Origin: Shigella phage ESh33
Sequence record: ON528743
Length of the DNA: 64,000 nt
Strand: one strand, 5' to 3'
The translations under genes were made by a program, and so were the position numbers. A model generated the notes under the pieces. That model was not told the origin of the DNA. It was given only the letters and a program-made list of their open reading frames with translations, and did not search any database. Shown here piece after piece: positions 1-10,789 of the stretch (positions are counted from its first letter, which is position 1; every line of letters starts with the position of its first letter).

Positions 1-383
1 AATCTGACATTAAAATTGAAGTAGTAGAAACGGATAAAATTCCTGAAAATACCGATGTTTTGATTGAAGATACTCCTTTTGTTGAAGAAAAATTCGAGCA
101 GGCTGTAGCTGAGATTATTGAATCTGAAAAGCCGTCTGTATTTACTCTTCCGGAAAACTTTAGTCCGAATCTTCAGCTGATTGGAAAAAATCCAGGATTC
201 TGCACCGTTCCTTGGTGGATTTACCAGTGGATTGCTGAAACTCCGGATTGGAAATCTCACCCAACTAGTTTTGAACACGCGTCGGCGCACCAAACTTTAT
301 TTAGCTTAATTTATTACATTAATCGCGACGGATCAGTTCTAATTCGTGAAACACGTAATTCTTCTTTCGTAACATTAAAATAA
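1..383 (+). CDS. 3' end of a gene whose 5' end lies outside the window; by position just upstream of hoc probably inh (prohead protease inhibitor)
   Basis: Frame open from window start to TAA at 381-383; same strand, 9 nt upstream of hoc; identity from T4 synteny only. Confidence 0.45.
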   Translation, partial: SDIKIEVVETDKIPENTDVLIEDTPFVEEKFEQAVAEIIESEKPSVFTLPENFSPNLQLIGKNPGFCTVPWWIYQWIAETPDWKSHPTSFEHASAHQTLFSLIYYINRDGSVLIRETRNSSFVTLK

Positions 384-392
384 GGATAACTT

Positions 393-1811
393 ATGGCTTT
401 TACAGTTGATATAACTCCTAAAACACCTACTGGAGTTATAGATGAGACTAAGCAGTTTACTGCTACGCCCAGTGGTCAAACTGGAGATGGACCTATTACC
501 TATGCTTGGACTGTTGATGATGCACCGCAGGAAGAAACGTCTGCAGCTTTTAGTTATGTACTAAAAGGTCCTGCTGGACAAAAGACTATTAAGGTAGTTG
601 CAACAAATCCAGTTCCTGATTCTGAAGCTGAAACAGCTGAAATTAGTACAACTATCACAGTTCAAAATAAGACACAAACAACTACTTTAGCTGTAACTCC
701 TGGTAGCCCTGATGCTGGAGTGATTGGAACTCCAATTGAATTTACCGCTGCCTTAGCTTCACAGCCATCAGGTGCAAACGCTACGTATCAATGGCACGTT
801 GACGGTTCTCCTGTAGACGAAGCAACTGACGCTACATTCAATTACACTCCTGACACAAGCGGAGTTAAAAAAATCAAGTGTGTAGCTCAAGTAACTGCGG
901 CAGATTATGATGCACTAAGCGTTACTTCTAATGAAGTATCATTGACTGTTAATAAAAAGACGCAGACGACTACCTTGGCAGTAACTCCTGATAGTCCTCC
1001 AGCTGGAGTGATTGGAACAGCCGTTGAATTTACTGCTGCCTTAGCTTCTCAACCTGATGGGGCATCTGCTACGTATCAGTGGTATGTAGATGATTCTCAA
1101 ATTGGTGAAGCGACTTCTGCTACATTTAGCTATACTCCAACTACAAGTGGAGTAAAAAGAATTAAATGCGTAGCGCAAGTAACAGCAACAGATTATGACG
1201 CAAAAACAGTTACTTCTAATGAAGTATCATTAACAGTTAATAAGAAGACAATGAATCCACAGGTTACATTGACTCCTCCTTCTATTAACGTTCAGCAAGA
1301 TGCTTCGGCTACATTTACTGCTAATGTTACGGATGCTCCAGAAGAAGCACAAATCGAATATTCATGGAAGAAAGATTCTTCTCCAGTAGAAGGGTCAACT
1401 AATGTATACACTGTTGATACATCATCTATTGGAAGTCAAACTATTGAAGTTACTGCAACTGTTACTGCTACTGATTATGATAGCAAAACTATCACAGCAG
1501 AAGGTCAAGTTCAAGTGACTGATAAAGTTGCTCCAGAACCAGAAGGTGAATTGCCTTATGTTCATCCTCTTCCACATCGTACTTCAGCTTACATCTGGTG
1601 CGGTTGGTGGGTTATGGATGAAATTCAAAAAATGACTGAAGAAGGTAAAGATTGGAAAACTGAAGATCCAGATAGTAAATACTACCTGCATCGTTACACT
1701 CTTCAGAAGATGATGAAAGACTATCCAGAAGTTGATGTCCAAGAATCGCGTAATGGATACATCATTCATAAAACTGCTTTAGAAACTGGTATCATCTATA
1801 CCTATCCATAA
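393..1811 (+). CDS. hoc: Hoc, highly immunogenic outer capsid protein with tandem Ig-like domains
   Basis: 472 aa; RBS AAGGA; repeated ~96-aa Ig-like modules (KTQTTTLAVTP...NEVSLTVNK twice plus related segments); position next to rnlB and gene 24 as in T4. Confidence 0.88.
   Translation: MAFTVDITPKTPTGVIDETKQFTATPSGQTGDGPITYAWTVDDAPQEETSAAFSYVLKGPAGQKTIKVVATNPVPDSEAETAEISTTITVQNKTQTTTLAVTPGSPDAGVIGTPIEFTAALASQPSGANATYQWHVDGSPVDEATDATFNYTPDTSGVKKIKCVAQVTAADYDALSVTSNEVSLTVNKKTQTTTLAVTPDSPPAGVIGTAVEFTAALASQPDGASATYQWYVDDSQIGEATSATFSYTPTTSGVKRIKCVAQVTATDYDAKTVTSNEVSLTVNKKTMNPQVTLTPPSINVQQDASATFTANVTDAPEEAQIEYSWKKDSSPVEGSTNVYTVDTSSIGSQTIEVTATVTATDYDSKTITAEGQVQVTDKVAPEPEGELPYVHPLPHRTSAYIWCGWWVMDEIQKMTEEGKDWKTEDPDSKYYLHRYTLQKMMKDYPEVDVQESRNGYIIHKTALETGIIYTYP
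669..1244 (+). repeat. tandem in-frame duplication of a ~288-bp Ig-like-domain coding module inside hoc
   Basis: Hoc residues ~93-188 and ~189-284 are ~75% identical. Confidence 0.75.
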
Positions 1812-1817
1812 TCATAA

Positions 1818-1842
1818 GGGGCTTCGGCCCCTTTCTTCATTT
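1818..1842 (+). terminator. intrinsic terminator after hoc
   Basis: GGGGC-TTCG-GCCCC hairpin followed by T-rich tract. Confidence 0.7.
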
Positions 1843-1900
1843 TGAAAGCACACAAAACACAATCAGAAAATGATGTATATAATGGCACCAACTCGATAAC

Positions 1901-2116
1901 ATGAGATTGATTATGAGAACTGAGGTTGTGGTGTTTACTCTTCATGAGTCTGGAAAGTCATTCATTGAAATTGCTCGTGAATTAAACTTACAGGCAAAAG
2001 AAGTGGCTGTATTATGGGCTCGAGCTATGACTGCTAAGAATAAATTTGAAACTCGAGAAAAAGTTGTCTATAGAAAAAGACATATTAATAAAAAGGTGAA
2101 AAATGGAACAGTATGA
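1901..2116 (+). CDS. hypothetical small protein (71 aa)
   Basis: ORF between hoc terminator and rnlB; exact start uncertain (ATG 1901 or 1913). Confidence 0.45.
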   Translation: MRLIMRTEVVVFTLHESGKSFIEIARELNLQAKEVAVLWARAMTAKNKFETREKVVYRKRHINKKVKNGTV

Positions 2117-2381
2117 TTTTTATGAAAATGAATCTTTTGCTAATCAATTACGTGAAAAAGCACTTAAAAGTAAACAGTTTAAGCTAGAGTGTTTTATTAA
2201 AGATTTTTCGGAACTTGCTAATAAAGCAGCTGAACAAGGTAAAACATATTTTAGTTATTATTGTACTGCTCGCGATAAATTGATTACTGAAGAAATTGGT
2301 GATTGGCTGAGAAAAGAAGGATTTAGCTTTAAAGTCAATAGTGATCAGCGTGATGGTGATTGGTTAGAAATTACATTTTGA
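2103..2381 (+). CDS. hypothetical protein (92 aa)
   Basis: ORF with RBS AAAGGTG upstream of ATG 2103; overlaps previous ORF end. Confidence 0.55.
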   Translation: MEQYDFYENESFANQLREKALKSKQFKLECFIKDFSELANKAAEQGKTYFSYYCTARDKLITEEIGDWLRKEGFSFKVNSDQRDGDWLEITF

Positions 2382-2390
2382 GGATTAATT

Positions 2391-3395
2391 ATGTTTAAAA
2401 AGTATAGCAGTCTTGAAAATCATTACAATTCTAAATTCATTGAAAAACTTTACAGTTTAGGATTGACTGGTGGCGAATGGGTAGCTCGTGAAAAGATTCA
2501 TGGCACAAATTTCTCGCTGATTATTGAGCGTGATAAAGTAACTTGTGCTAAACGCACTGGTCCTATTCTTCCTGCTGAAGATTTCTTTGGGTATGAAATT
2601 ATTTTGAAGAATTACGCTGATTCTATTAAAGCAGTACAAGATATTATGGAAACTTCAGCGGTTGTATCTTATCAAGTCTTTGGCGAATTCGCTGGACCTG
2701 GCATTCAGAAGAATGTCGATTATGGTGATAAAGATTTTTATGTATTTGACATTATTGTTACTACCGAAAGTGGTGATGTAACTTATGTCGATGATTATAT
2801 GATGGAATCATTTTGTAATACATTTAAATTTAAAATGGCTCCACTTTTAGGTCGCGGTAAATTTGAAGAACTTATTAAATTGCCAAATGATTTAGATTCT
2901 GTCGTCCAAGATTATAATTTTACAGTAGACCATGCTGGATTAGTTGATGCAAATAAATGCGTTTGGAATGCTGAAGCAAAAGGCGAAGTATTTACTGCTG
3001 AAGGATATGTATTGAAACCTTGTTATCCTTCTTGGCTGCCTAATCGCAATCGTGTAGCCATCAAATGCAAGAACTCTAAATTTAGTGAAAAGAAAAAGTC
3101 TGATAAGCCTATTAAAGCTAAAGTTGAACTGTCAGAAGCTGATAACAAATTGGTTGGAATTTTAGCTTGTTACGTTACACTGAATCGAGTAAATAACGTT
3201 ATTTCTAAAATTGGCGAAATTGGTCCAAAGGATTTTGGAAAGGTGATGGGACTAACTGTTCAAGATATTTTGGAAGAAACTTCTCGTGAAGGTATTACTT
3301 TAGCTCAAGCGGATAATCCTTCTTTGATTAAAAAGGAATTAGTTAAAATGGTACAAGATGTACTTCGTCCAGCTTGGATTGAGTTGGTGAGCTAA
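2391..3395 (+). CDS. rnlB: RNA ligase 2 (Rnl2)
   Basis: 334 aa; nucleotidyltransferase motif I KIHGTN; length and sequence match my recollection of T4 Rnl2; followed directly by hairpin terminator. Confidence 0.9.
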   Translation: MFKKYSSLENHYNSKFIEKLYSLGLTGGEWVAREKIHGTNFSLIIERDKVTCAKRTGPILPAEDFFGYEIILKNYADSIKAVQDIMETSAVVSYQVFGEFAGPGIQKNVDYGDKDFYVFDIIVTTESGDVTYVDDYMMESFCNTFKFKMAPLLGRGKFEELIKLPNDLDSVVQDYNFTVDHAGLVDANKCVWNAEAKGEVFTAEGYVLKPCYPSWLPNRNRVAIKCKNSKFSEKKKSDKPIKAKVELSEADNKLVGILACYVTLNRVNNVISKIGEIGPKDFGKVMGLTVQDILEETSREGITLAQADNPSLIKKELVKMVQDVLRPAWIELVS

Positions 3396-3420
3396 ATAAA
3401 AAGGGACCTTTCGGTCCCTT
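3391..3420. terminator. bidirectional intrinsic terminator between rnlB (+) and gene 24 (-)
   Basis: AAAAA-GGGACC-TTTC-GGTCCC-TTTGTTTT: A-run and T-run flank a perfect hairpin. Confidence 0.75.
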
Positions 3421-3424
3421 TGTT

Positions 3425-4708
3425 TTATTCATCAATAATAATTTTTGGTAATTTAACACCTAATAAAACAGACAAATCTGAACGACCCGCCATTTTATCC
3501 ATGTCTCCACCGTCAATTATTCTTGCTTCTTTTTCATCTTTTGCTACGGTATAAGGATTTGCTGATAAAGCATATCTAACTAATAAACCAATAGACGGTT
3601 GTAAGCTTTCTGGATCAACAACAACTTTAAATGCACCTACATGTTCAGGGTCATCTAAGTCGAGACCTTCTGTATACGGAGCATAGAAAATTGATCCAAC
3701 AATTTCTTTTTCACCGATATTTTCTACTACACCAACGATTACATAATCTAATGGGCTGTTAGTATCGCAATAAAGCGGTAAACCATTAGCTAAGAATCCA
3801 TAGGCATTTTGTGAAAGATATTTATCATCTTCTGGTTTATGTTTTAACCAACCTGATGCAGCAAGAATCGCAGCGGCACGAGCAGAAGCAACACAGAACG
3901 TTGCTGTATAAGTTGATTCTTTTTGGATATGCGAAACCATTTCACACACCATTCGGTATAATGAACGACCAGCTTCAGGTGCAGATGCATAACTCAAATC
4001 AATGAATCCAGTATCAGTAATTCCTGTAACTTTATAGCGTTTTGACACTGTAATCAAAGACTGCAGAATATCTTTATTGATTTCATCTGCCATTTCGGTT
4101 GCAAGCAAATCTTCCAAGAAATTAGGAGCATCGAATCCATTTGCTTCTAAATCTTGTGCTAATTCAACTGTAATGCCAGTTTTAAGTTTACGAGATTTAA
4201 CTGCGGTTTGCCATTTATTAATCTGGAATCTAGCATCCGCAATTTCACTATCAGAGCTTTCAAATTTGCTTGTTGATGCTGCATCAGAAAATAGACGAAC
4301 CTTTAAAAGAACGATTGCAATCTGAAGAGCTAACTCTAAGTCGCTTTCTTCAATATCAGCAAATGGTGTATCTTCTAATACTTTATAAACGATATTATTA
4401 TATTTGAATAAATCGCCTTTATTGAGAGTTAATTTAGACTCTTCTGTTAATTCTGTGATTTGTTCTCGGTCTACATATCCAGCTTCGCCAGCATAAGTAG
4501 CACCAGTTTTAAATGTAAATTCATTGTCTGGGTTAAGGTATTTGATACCATAAAAAGCAGCAACAGGTTGATTAGTTCTTTGCGTTGCTACAATGTCAGA
4601 ATATATTAATTTAGTGGTAGCGCGAGTCAAAGCAACGAGATTTGGGCGACCGATTGAGTTGCTATTCGTTGTGGTTGATTCGCGCAGAAGTTCGTTGATT
4701 TTAGCCAT
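3425..4708 (-). CDS. 24: head vertex protein gp24
   Basis: 427 aa, capsid-fold paralog of gp23; T4 position and length. Confidence 0.9.
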   Translation of the reverse strand: MAKINELLRESTTTNSNSIGRPNLVALTRATTKLIYSDIVATQRTNQPVAAFYGIKYLNPDNEFTFKTGATYAGEAGYVDREQITELTEESKLTLNKGDLFKYNNIVYKVLEDTPFADIEESDLELALQIAIVLLKVRLFSDAASTSKFESSDSEIADARFQINKWQTAVKSRKLKTGITVELAQDLEANGFDAPNFLEDLLATEMADEINKDILQSLITVSKRYKVTGITDTGFIDLSYASAPEAGRSLYRMVCEMVSHIQKESTYTATFCVASARAAAILAASGWLKHKPEDDKYLSQNAYGFLANGLPLYCDTNSPLDYVIVGVVENIGEKEIVGSIFYAPYTEGLDLDDPEHVGAFKVVVDPESLQPSIGLLVRYALSANPYTVAKDEKEARIIDGGDMDKMAGRSDLSVLLGVKLPKIIIDE

Positions 4709-4735
4709 TGCGCTTTCCTTTTGGTTTATATGATT

Positions 4736-4743
4736 TATTTATA
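4736..4743 (-). promoter_or_regulatory. late promoter (TATAAATA) for gene 24
   Basis: TATAAATA on minus strand ~30 nt upstream of gene 24 start. Confidence 0.65.
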
Positions 4744-4747
4744 CCAT

Positions 4748-4776
4748 AAAAACAACTAAAGGGACCCGAAGGTCCC
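4748..4776 (-). terminator. intrinsic terminator after gene 23
   Basis: Minus strand reads GGGACC-TTCG-GGTCCC then TTTAGTTGTTTTT. Confidence 0.7.
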
Positions 4777-4791
4777 TTAAATCGTCAAAGA

Positions 4792-6357
4792 TTAGATACC
4801 TTTAACATATACACGGCGGAAGTAAGCGTTTTTACCAAGGCTATTCAGAATAGAAGGCATACCGCTCTGGATGCGAGAAGCCGGAGCCTGAGCAGCGGAT
4901 TCTGCAAATGGGTTGATACCGATACCGTAACGAGTTTTGAATCCCATTACCGGTTGGAAGTTCTTCGGATCGGAACCACGCAGCGGAGTCAGAGCTACAT
5001 ATGGAGCATAGTAAATACCAGCATCCATTTCGTTCGGACCTTTATAACCTACAGTGAAATAATCCTGTTTAGCATACTGGTCGATATATACACGGTATTT
5101 ACCACCCAGAACACCAGCAAATACTGACTTGGTAGTATCAGTGTTAAAGCCGGTAGCCAGACCTTGCGCAGCATAAGAAATGCCAGTATCAACTGAAGCC
5201 AGAACGTTAACTACGTTACGGGAAGCGATAATGAAGTTACCTTCACCACGACCGGTCTGACGAGCAATTTCAACTGCTTCTTTGTCAATCTGGAACAACA
5301 GAGCTTTAAAGGATTCACCCGCCCAGCGAGCACCACGAATATCGATTGGGTCCTGGAAGTCAAATACACCAGCTTTAGAACCCGGAGTCAGGGTCATACC
5401 AGATTTACCAACCTGAGCTGAGTAGTTAATCCAATCAACAACTTCACGGTTGATTTCCAGCATAATTTCTGTAGCCAGAATGCCAGACAGTTCAGCATCA
5501 GCATCCATACCGTGAACAGCGCGGAGGTCCTGTGCTAATTCGATAGAGTAAGCAGCTTTCAGCTGACGAGATTTAGCTTCGATAACTTGTTTATCGATAC
5601 GGAAGCCCATTTCATTCCATGGGTTATCGGTAGAACCATTGAAACCTTCCTGGAGTTCAGCGATAGAAGTAGCCATACCTTCAGCGATTTCTACCAGTGC
5701 ACCAGCTTCCATTTGTTTCTTAATTTCAGCATCTAATTTATCTGCATCAGTTGCGCTTGCACTAATTGTTACTTGAGCAGAAGCTTGCAGATACACAGTA
5801 CCAGTGTCCTGGAAGAAGTGAGTATAGATATCACCTACTGTGGTTTCTGTGCTAGCAGCCAGAGCTGGGAATTTCTTAGCAGCACCCTGACCAGAGAACA
5901 TTGCATCTGGACCATACATTGGGTGGAATGCTTCTTTAGCACCGGCAGCGATCGGATCTTTACCATATACCGCGCGGAGTGCGAATACCTGACCGGTTGG
6001 GCTGCTCATCGGTTGAACACCGCAAATATCGAAAGCAATCAGGTTAGGAATAGCACGACGTACCATACCCATAACAGCTGGGCCAATCTGAGTTACTGCG
6101 CCAGAAGTCTGACCTGCAGCGATGTTGGTAGCATTGTAACCGTGGTCACCACCGATTTCAGCTTCTGTTAAGAAAGAACCGAATGCCTGAGCAATTTTTT
6201 CGTCTTTATATTCCGGAGCTGTCTGGAAATCTTTTTCCTGGTTTTCAAAGATTTTAGCGATAATCGCTTGTTTGCTATTAGCAATTTCCGGTAAACCTTC
6301 ACCTTCCAGTAATGGCTTCCATTTGTTCAAAAGTTCAGCTTTAGTTTTGATAGTCAT
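4792..6357 (-). CDS. 23: major capsid protein gp23 precursor
   Basis: 521 aa; N-terminus MTIKTKAELLNKWKPLLEGEG as in T4 gp23; T4 synteny. Confidence 0.95.
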   Translation of the reverse strand: MTIKTKAELLNKWKPLLEGEGLPEIANSKQAIIAKIFENQEKDFQTAPEYKDEKIAQAFGSFLTEAEIGGDHGYNATNIAAGQTSGAVTQIGPAVMGMVRRAIPNLIAFDICGVQPMSSPTGQVFALRAVYGKDPIAAGAKEAFHPMYGPDAMFSGQGAAKKFPALAASTETTVGDIYTHFFQDTGTVYLQASAQVTISASATDADKLDAEIKKQMEAGALVEIAEGMATSIAELQEGFNGSTDNPWNEMGFRIDKQVIEAKSRQLKAAYSIELAQDLRAVHGMDADAELSGILATEIMLEINREVVDWINYSAQVGKSGMTLTPGSKAGVFDFQDPIDIRGARWAGESFKALLFQIDKEAVEIARQTGRGEGNFIIASRNVVNVLASVDTGISYAAQGLATGFNTDTTKSVFAGVLGGKYRVYIDQYAKQDYFTVGYKGPNEMDAGIYYAPYVALTPLRGSDPKNFQPVMGFKTRYGIGINPFAESAAQAPASRIQSGMPSILNSLGKNAYFRRVYVKGI

Positions 6358-6375
6358 TTGTGTTAACCTTTAAAA

Positions 6376-7185
6376 TTAGAAACGAGATGCGACTTTCGCA
6401 TATACACTTACAATATCTTCTGCACCCTGTGCAGCTTTATCTTCTACAGCTTCAGTGACGAAATTCAGTCCGGCTGCTTCAGTATCAGGAGTATTTATAC
6501 CCTCAGTAATAGTGCTTTCATCTTTATTAGACTTCTTCACCATTTCTACGATGGCACTCAATTTACTTGAGAATGCATCTGAATAATCCATACCTTCGAC
6601 CAGAGCAGAGACTTTTTCTTTTTGAGACTCAGTCAGATCTTTAGTACTTTCGCTCAATGCCACTTCACGCTGCACATAATTGATATATGCGTCACGCTTA
6701 TTGAGTTCTTCGAACAGACGAGCTGATTCTTCTTTATGTTCTTGCAGTTCTTCTTCCATTTCAGCTACAACATCAACTGATTCTTCTGGAACAACAACGT
6801 TGTGTTCAACGAAGAGCTCTTTCAATCCACCAAGCATGGATTCAAACAGTTCGGCTTTGATGCCTTTATCTACTGCTAATTTATTTTCAGTGAGCCATTC
6901 TTTTGCAAGATGGTCAAGGAATTTAGAAGCTTGCTCAGCGATTTTCTTCTCAGCTTTTTCTTCTGCTTCTTCTTTATTTTTTTCTACTTCTTCTTCTGCT
7001 TTTTCAGCAATTTTAGCGATATGAGATTCAGCTAATTTAACGGCGTGCTGCTTGACGGTAGCTTCGAATACAGTGCCGAAAGTTTCTTTTGCTTCCGGAG
7101 AAATATTAACTGATTCGAAAATACTATCAAGAGCAACGGAAGCATCAATTTTCTGCGCTTCAGCAATCAGTTGTTCTTTAAGCAT
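6376..7185 (-). CDS. 22: prohead core scaffold protein gp22
   Basis: 269 aa, highly charged coiled-coil; upstream of 23. Confidence 0.9.
   Translation of the reverse strand: MLKEQLIAEAQKIDASVALDSIFESVNISPEAKETFGTVFEATVKQHAVKLAESHIAKIAEKAEEEVEKNKEEAEEKAEKKIAEQASKFLDHLAKEWLTENKLAVDKGIKAELFESMLGGLKELFVEHNVVVPEESVDVVAEMEEELQEHKEESARLFEELNKRDAYINYVQREVALSESTKDLTESQKEKVSALVEGMDYSDAFSSKLSAIVEMVKKSNKDESTITEGINTPDTEAAGLNFVTEAVEDKAAQGAEDIVSVYAKVASRF
6492..6499 (-). promoter_or_regulatory. candidate late promoter for gene 23, inside 3' end of gene 22
   Basis: TATAAATA on minus strand ~135 nt upstream of gene 23 start. Confidence 0.45.
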
Positions 7186-7212
7186 TTTGTAGTCCTGTTG
7201 TTTAGATAATAA

Positions 7213-7220
7213 TATTTATA
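7213..7220 (-). promoter_or_regulatory. late promoter for gene 22
   Basis: TATAAATA on minus strand ~30 nt upstream of gene 22 start. Confidence 0.65.
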
Positions 7221-7854
7221 ACGCTTTTTTCATGGCCTCTGCGAGAGCCATATAGGCGTCATCGGCACTTGTATCGGCTTCCGCCGTCTGTGATTCGGTA
7301 ATTTCCTTAGGAGTTACCCATGCATCTGGAGCACTTGGACCCCATACTGCATCAACACCTACAGTTAATTTGAATCCTTCGTTTACGATACGATAACCTT
7401 TATTTGTGTCAGTCAATGAACCTAATCCACGAGAAGAAACTCCTGGAATCCATCCGGCACGAATATTAGCTGCTAATTTATCTCCAGGACCATGGTCACC
7501 TTCAATAACACGAGCTCGTCCGTATACGTCATTTCCTTTCCACCACATATCTTCTATAATGATAGCGGCTTGCATCGGGTCAACATTAGCGCGTGGAGGA
7601 TGATTTAATTCTCCGAGAGCTTGTTTAGTTAAAACTTGCTCATTAATATAGTCTTTTACCGCTTTTTCTAATATACGTTTTGGATAAAGACGTTTATTTC
7701 TATTGACGACTTCCGCTTGCATGAATATTCCTTCGATGTATAAACCAGGTTTTAAACCTAAGTCTTTTCCATCATGAGATTCAAGCATTGGTACGCCATC
7801 AATAATTTCGCCAGGTTGACCCCAAGTTTCAATTAGTAATTGGGGTTCATTCAT
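7216..7854 (-). CDS. 21: prohead core protease gp21
   Basis: 212 aa; T4 order and length. Confidence 0.9.
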   Translation of the reverse strand: MNEPQLLIETWGQPGEIIDGVPMLESHDGKDLGLKPGLYIEGIFMQAEVVNRNKRLYPKRILEKAVKDYINEQVLTKQALGELNHPPRANVDPMQAAIIIEDMWWKGNDVYGRARVIEGDHGPGDKLAANIRAGWIPGVSSRGLGSLTDTNKGYRIVNEGFKLTVGVDAVWGPSAPDAWVTPKEITESQTAEADTSADDAYMALAEAMKKAL

Positions 7855-8279
7855 TAGCTTAATCCTAATGCTTTACGGCGTTTAAGAGCTTTTTTACGCT
7901 TACGCTGAGCACGAGATTGACCTGCTGGATTGGCAATCTTCGTTTTGGTAGCTTTACGAGCAATTTGTCTACGTTTTGCTTTAGACAACCCGGTAGTTTG
8001 AAATGCATTACGTTCGCGGGTTTTGCGATCTTTAGTGCGAGTAATTTCACCACGGGCAGAAACATGTTTAACGATAAATTCATTTAACGGCATATTTTCA
8101 TTAATAGAAGCTAATGCAACCGCTAAATCAGTTTCATCATCAAGCATATTCTCGACAATTGTATTTATATCGTCTTTATTTAAAGCAGAAGACAATTCGT
8201 CAAAGCGACCCTGTGCTTCAGGAATAAGTGCTTCGACATTCTCGAGAACTAATTCATGAGTTTCAGGGATCAGAAGCAT
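7854..8279 (-). CDS. 68: prohead core protein gp68
   Basis: 141 aa; T4 order and length. Confidence 0.85.
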
Positions 8280-8523
8280 TATTCATCATCCTCGTCTTCG
8301 TCAGAGTCTTTGTCTTTTTTGTCGTCTTTATCATCACTATCTTCGTCTTCGTCTTCGTCATCATCCTCGTCATCAGGTTCTTCACCTTCGATTAAGAAAT
8401 TACGAGCGATAGCGATTTTTTCTTCTTTAATTAAATCAGTCGTTCTTGCAGCCATGGCTTCAGCAAATAATTTACGAGCGGCTACGAGGTCGTTTGATTT
8501 AATAGCTTCAATTAAACCTTCCA

Positions 8524-8524
<1 letters not shown>
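8279..8524 (-). CDS. 67: prohead core protein gp67
   Basis: 81 aa with acidic [10 protein letters not shown] tract; T4 order. Confidence 0.85.
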
Positions 8525-10149
<1,625 letters not shown>

Positions 10150-10181
10150 TTAAGCAGGATGGGGATTTCTCCCCATTCATT

Positions 10182-10673
10182 TTATTCCCAATAATCGAGA
10201 GCAAGAGTTACTTCAAAGGTTTGAATTTCATTGTTTGAATCCCAATCTAATTGAAGTTCACCCACGTTAGTAGGCCACAGACCTTTAATTTCAATTTCTT
10301 TTGTTACTGTTTTAGCGTCACGAGCATATTGACGAACGATAGCGCTCTTTTTATACTCTGCAGGTTTTCCACCAGTAATTTCGTTTCCTTGTCCCGCAGC
10401 AATGCTTTGCCAATCAACGAACTTCTGGCGAGCATCATGAGCTTCATCGTTCATTACTGTAACAGTCCAGTCATCGAATGTACGATCGCCTGCTACGTTA
10501 ATTTTACGGTTCATAAATCCGACTGGAATTTTTTCTACAATACCAGCTGGTAAAGCAGTGGCTTTACATTGGAACGTAAAATTTTGTCCAAGATAAGAAA
10601 TTTCTACTTGGAATAAGTTAGGTCGAGCAAAATCACCAGATTCAAACGCTCGTGTTACATCATCTACAAACAT
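10182..10673 (-). CDS. 19: tail tube protein gp19
   Basis: 163 aa; T4 order and length. Confidence 0.9.
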   Translation of the reverse strand: MFVDDVTRAFESGDFARPNLFQVEISYLGQNFTFQCKATALPAGIVEKIPVGFMNRKINVAGDRTFDDWTVTVMNDEAHDARQKFVDWQSIAAGQGNEITGGKPAEYKKSAIVRQYARDAKTVTKEIEIKGLWPTNVGELQLDWDSNNEIQTFEVTLALDYWE

Positions 10674-10687
10674 ATTAGCCTCTGTAG

Positions 10688-10695
10688 TATTTATA
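10688..10695 (-). promoter_or_regulatory. late promoter for gene 19
   Basis: TATAAATA on minus strand 15 nt upstream of gene 19 start. Confidence 0.65.
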
Positions 10696-10746
10696 TCCCT
10701 ATGTTTAACCTAGGGCATATAGAATTAAAGAATTAAGGATATAGTG

Positions 10747-10754
10747 TATTTATA
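10747..10754 (-). promoter_or_regulatory. second late promoter motif upstream of gene 19
   Basis: TATAAATA on minus strand in the 18-19 intergenic region. Confidence 0.5.
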
Positions 10755-10789
10755 TGGCCTGCCGAAACAGGCCTTTAGAATGCACCGTA

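Noticed and set aside
5773-6171. 132-aa plus-strand ORF inside gene 23, and similar antisense ORFs inside genes 22, 21, 18, 17, 12, 7, 6 and 5
   Set aside because: All lie antisense within well-supported structural genes and lack RBS or promoter context
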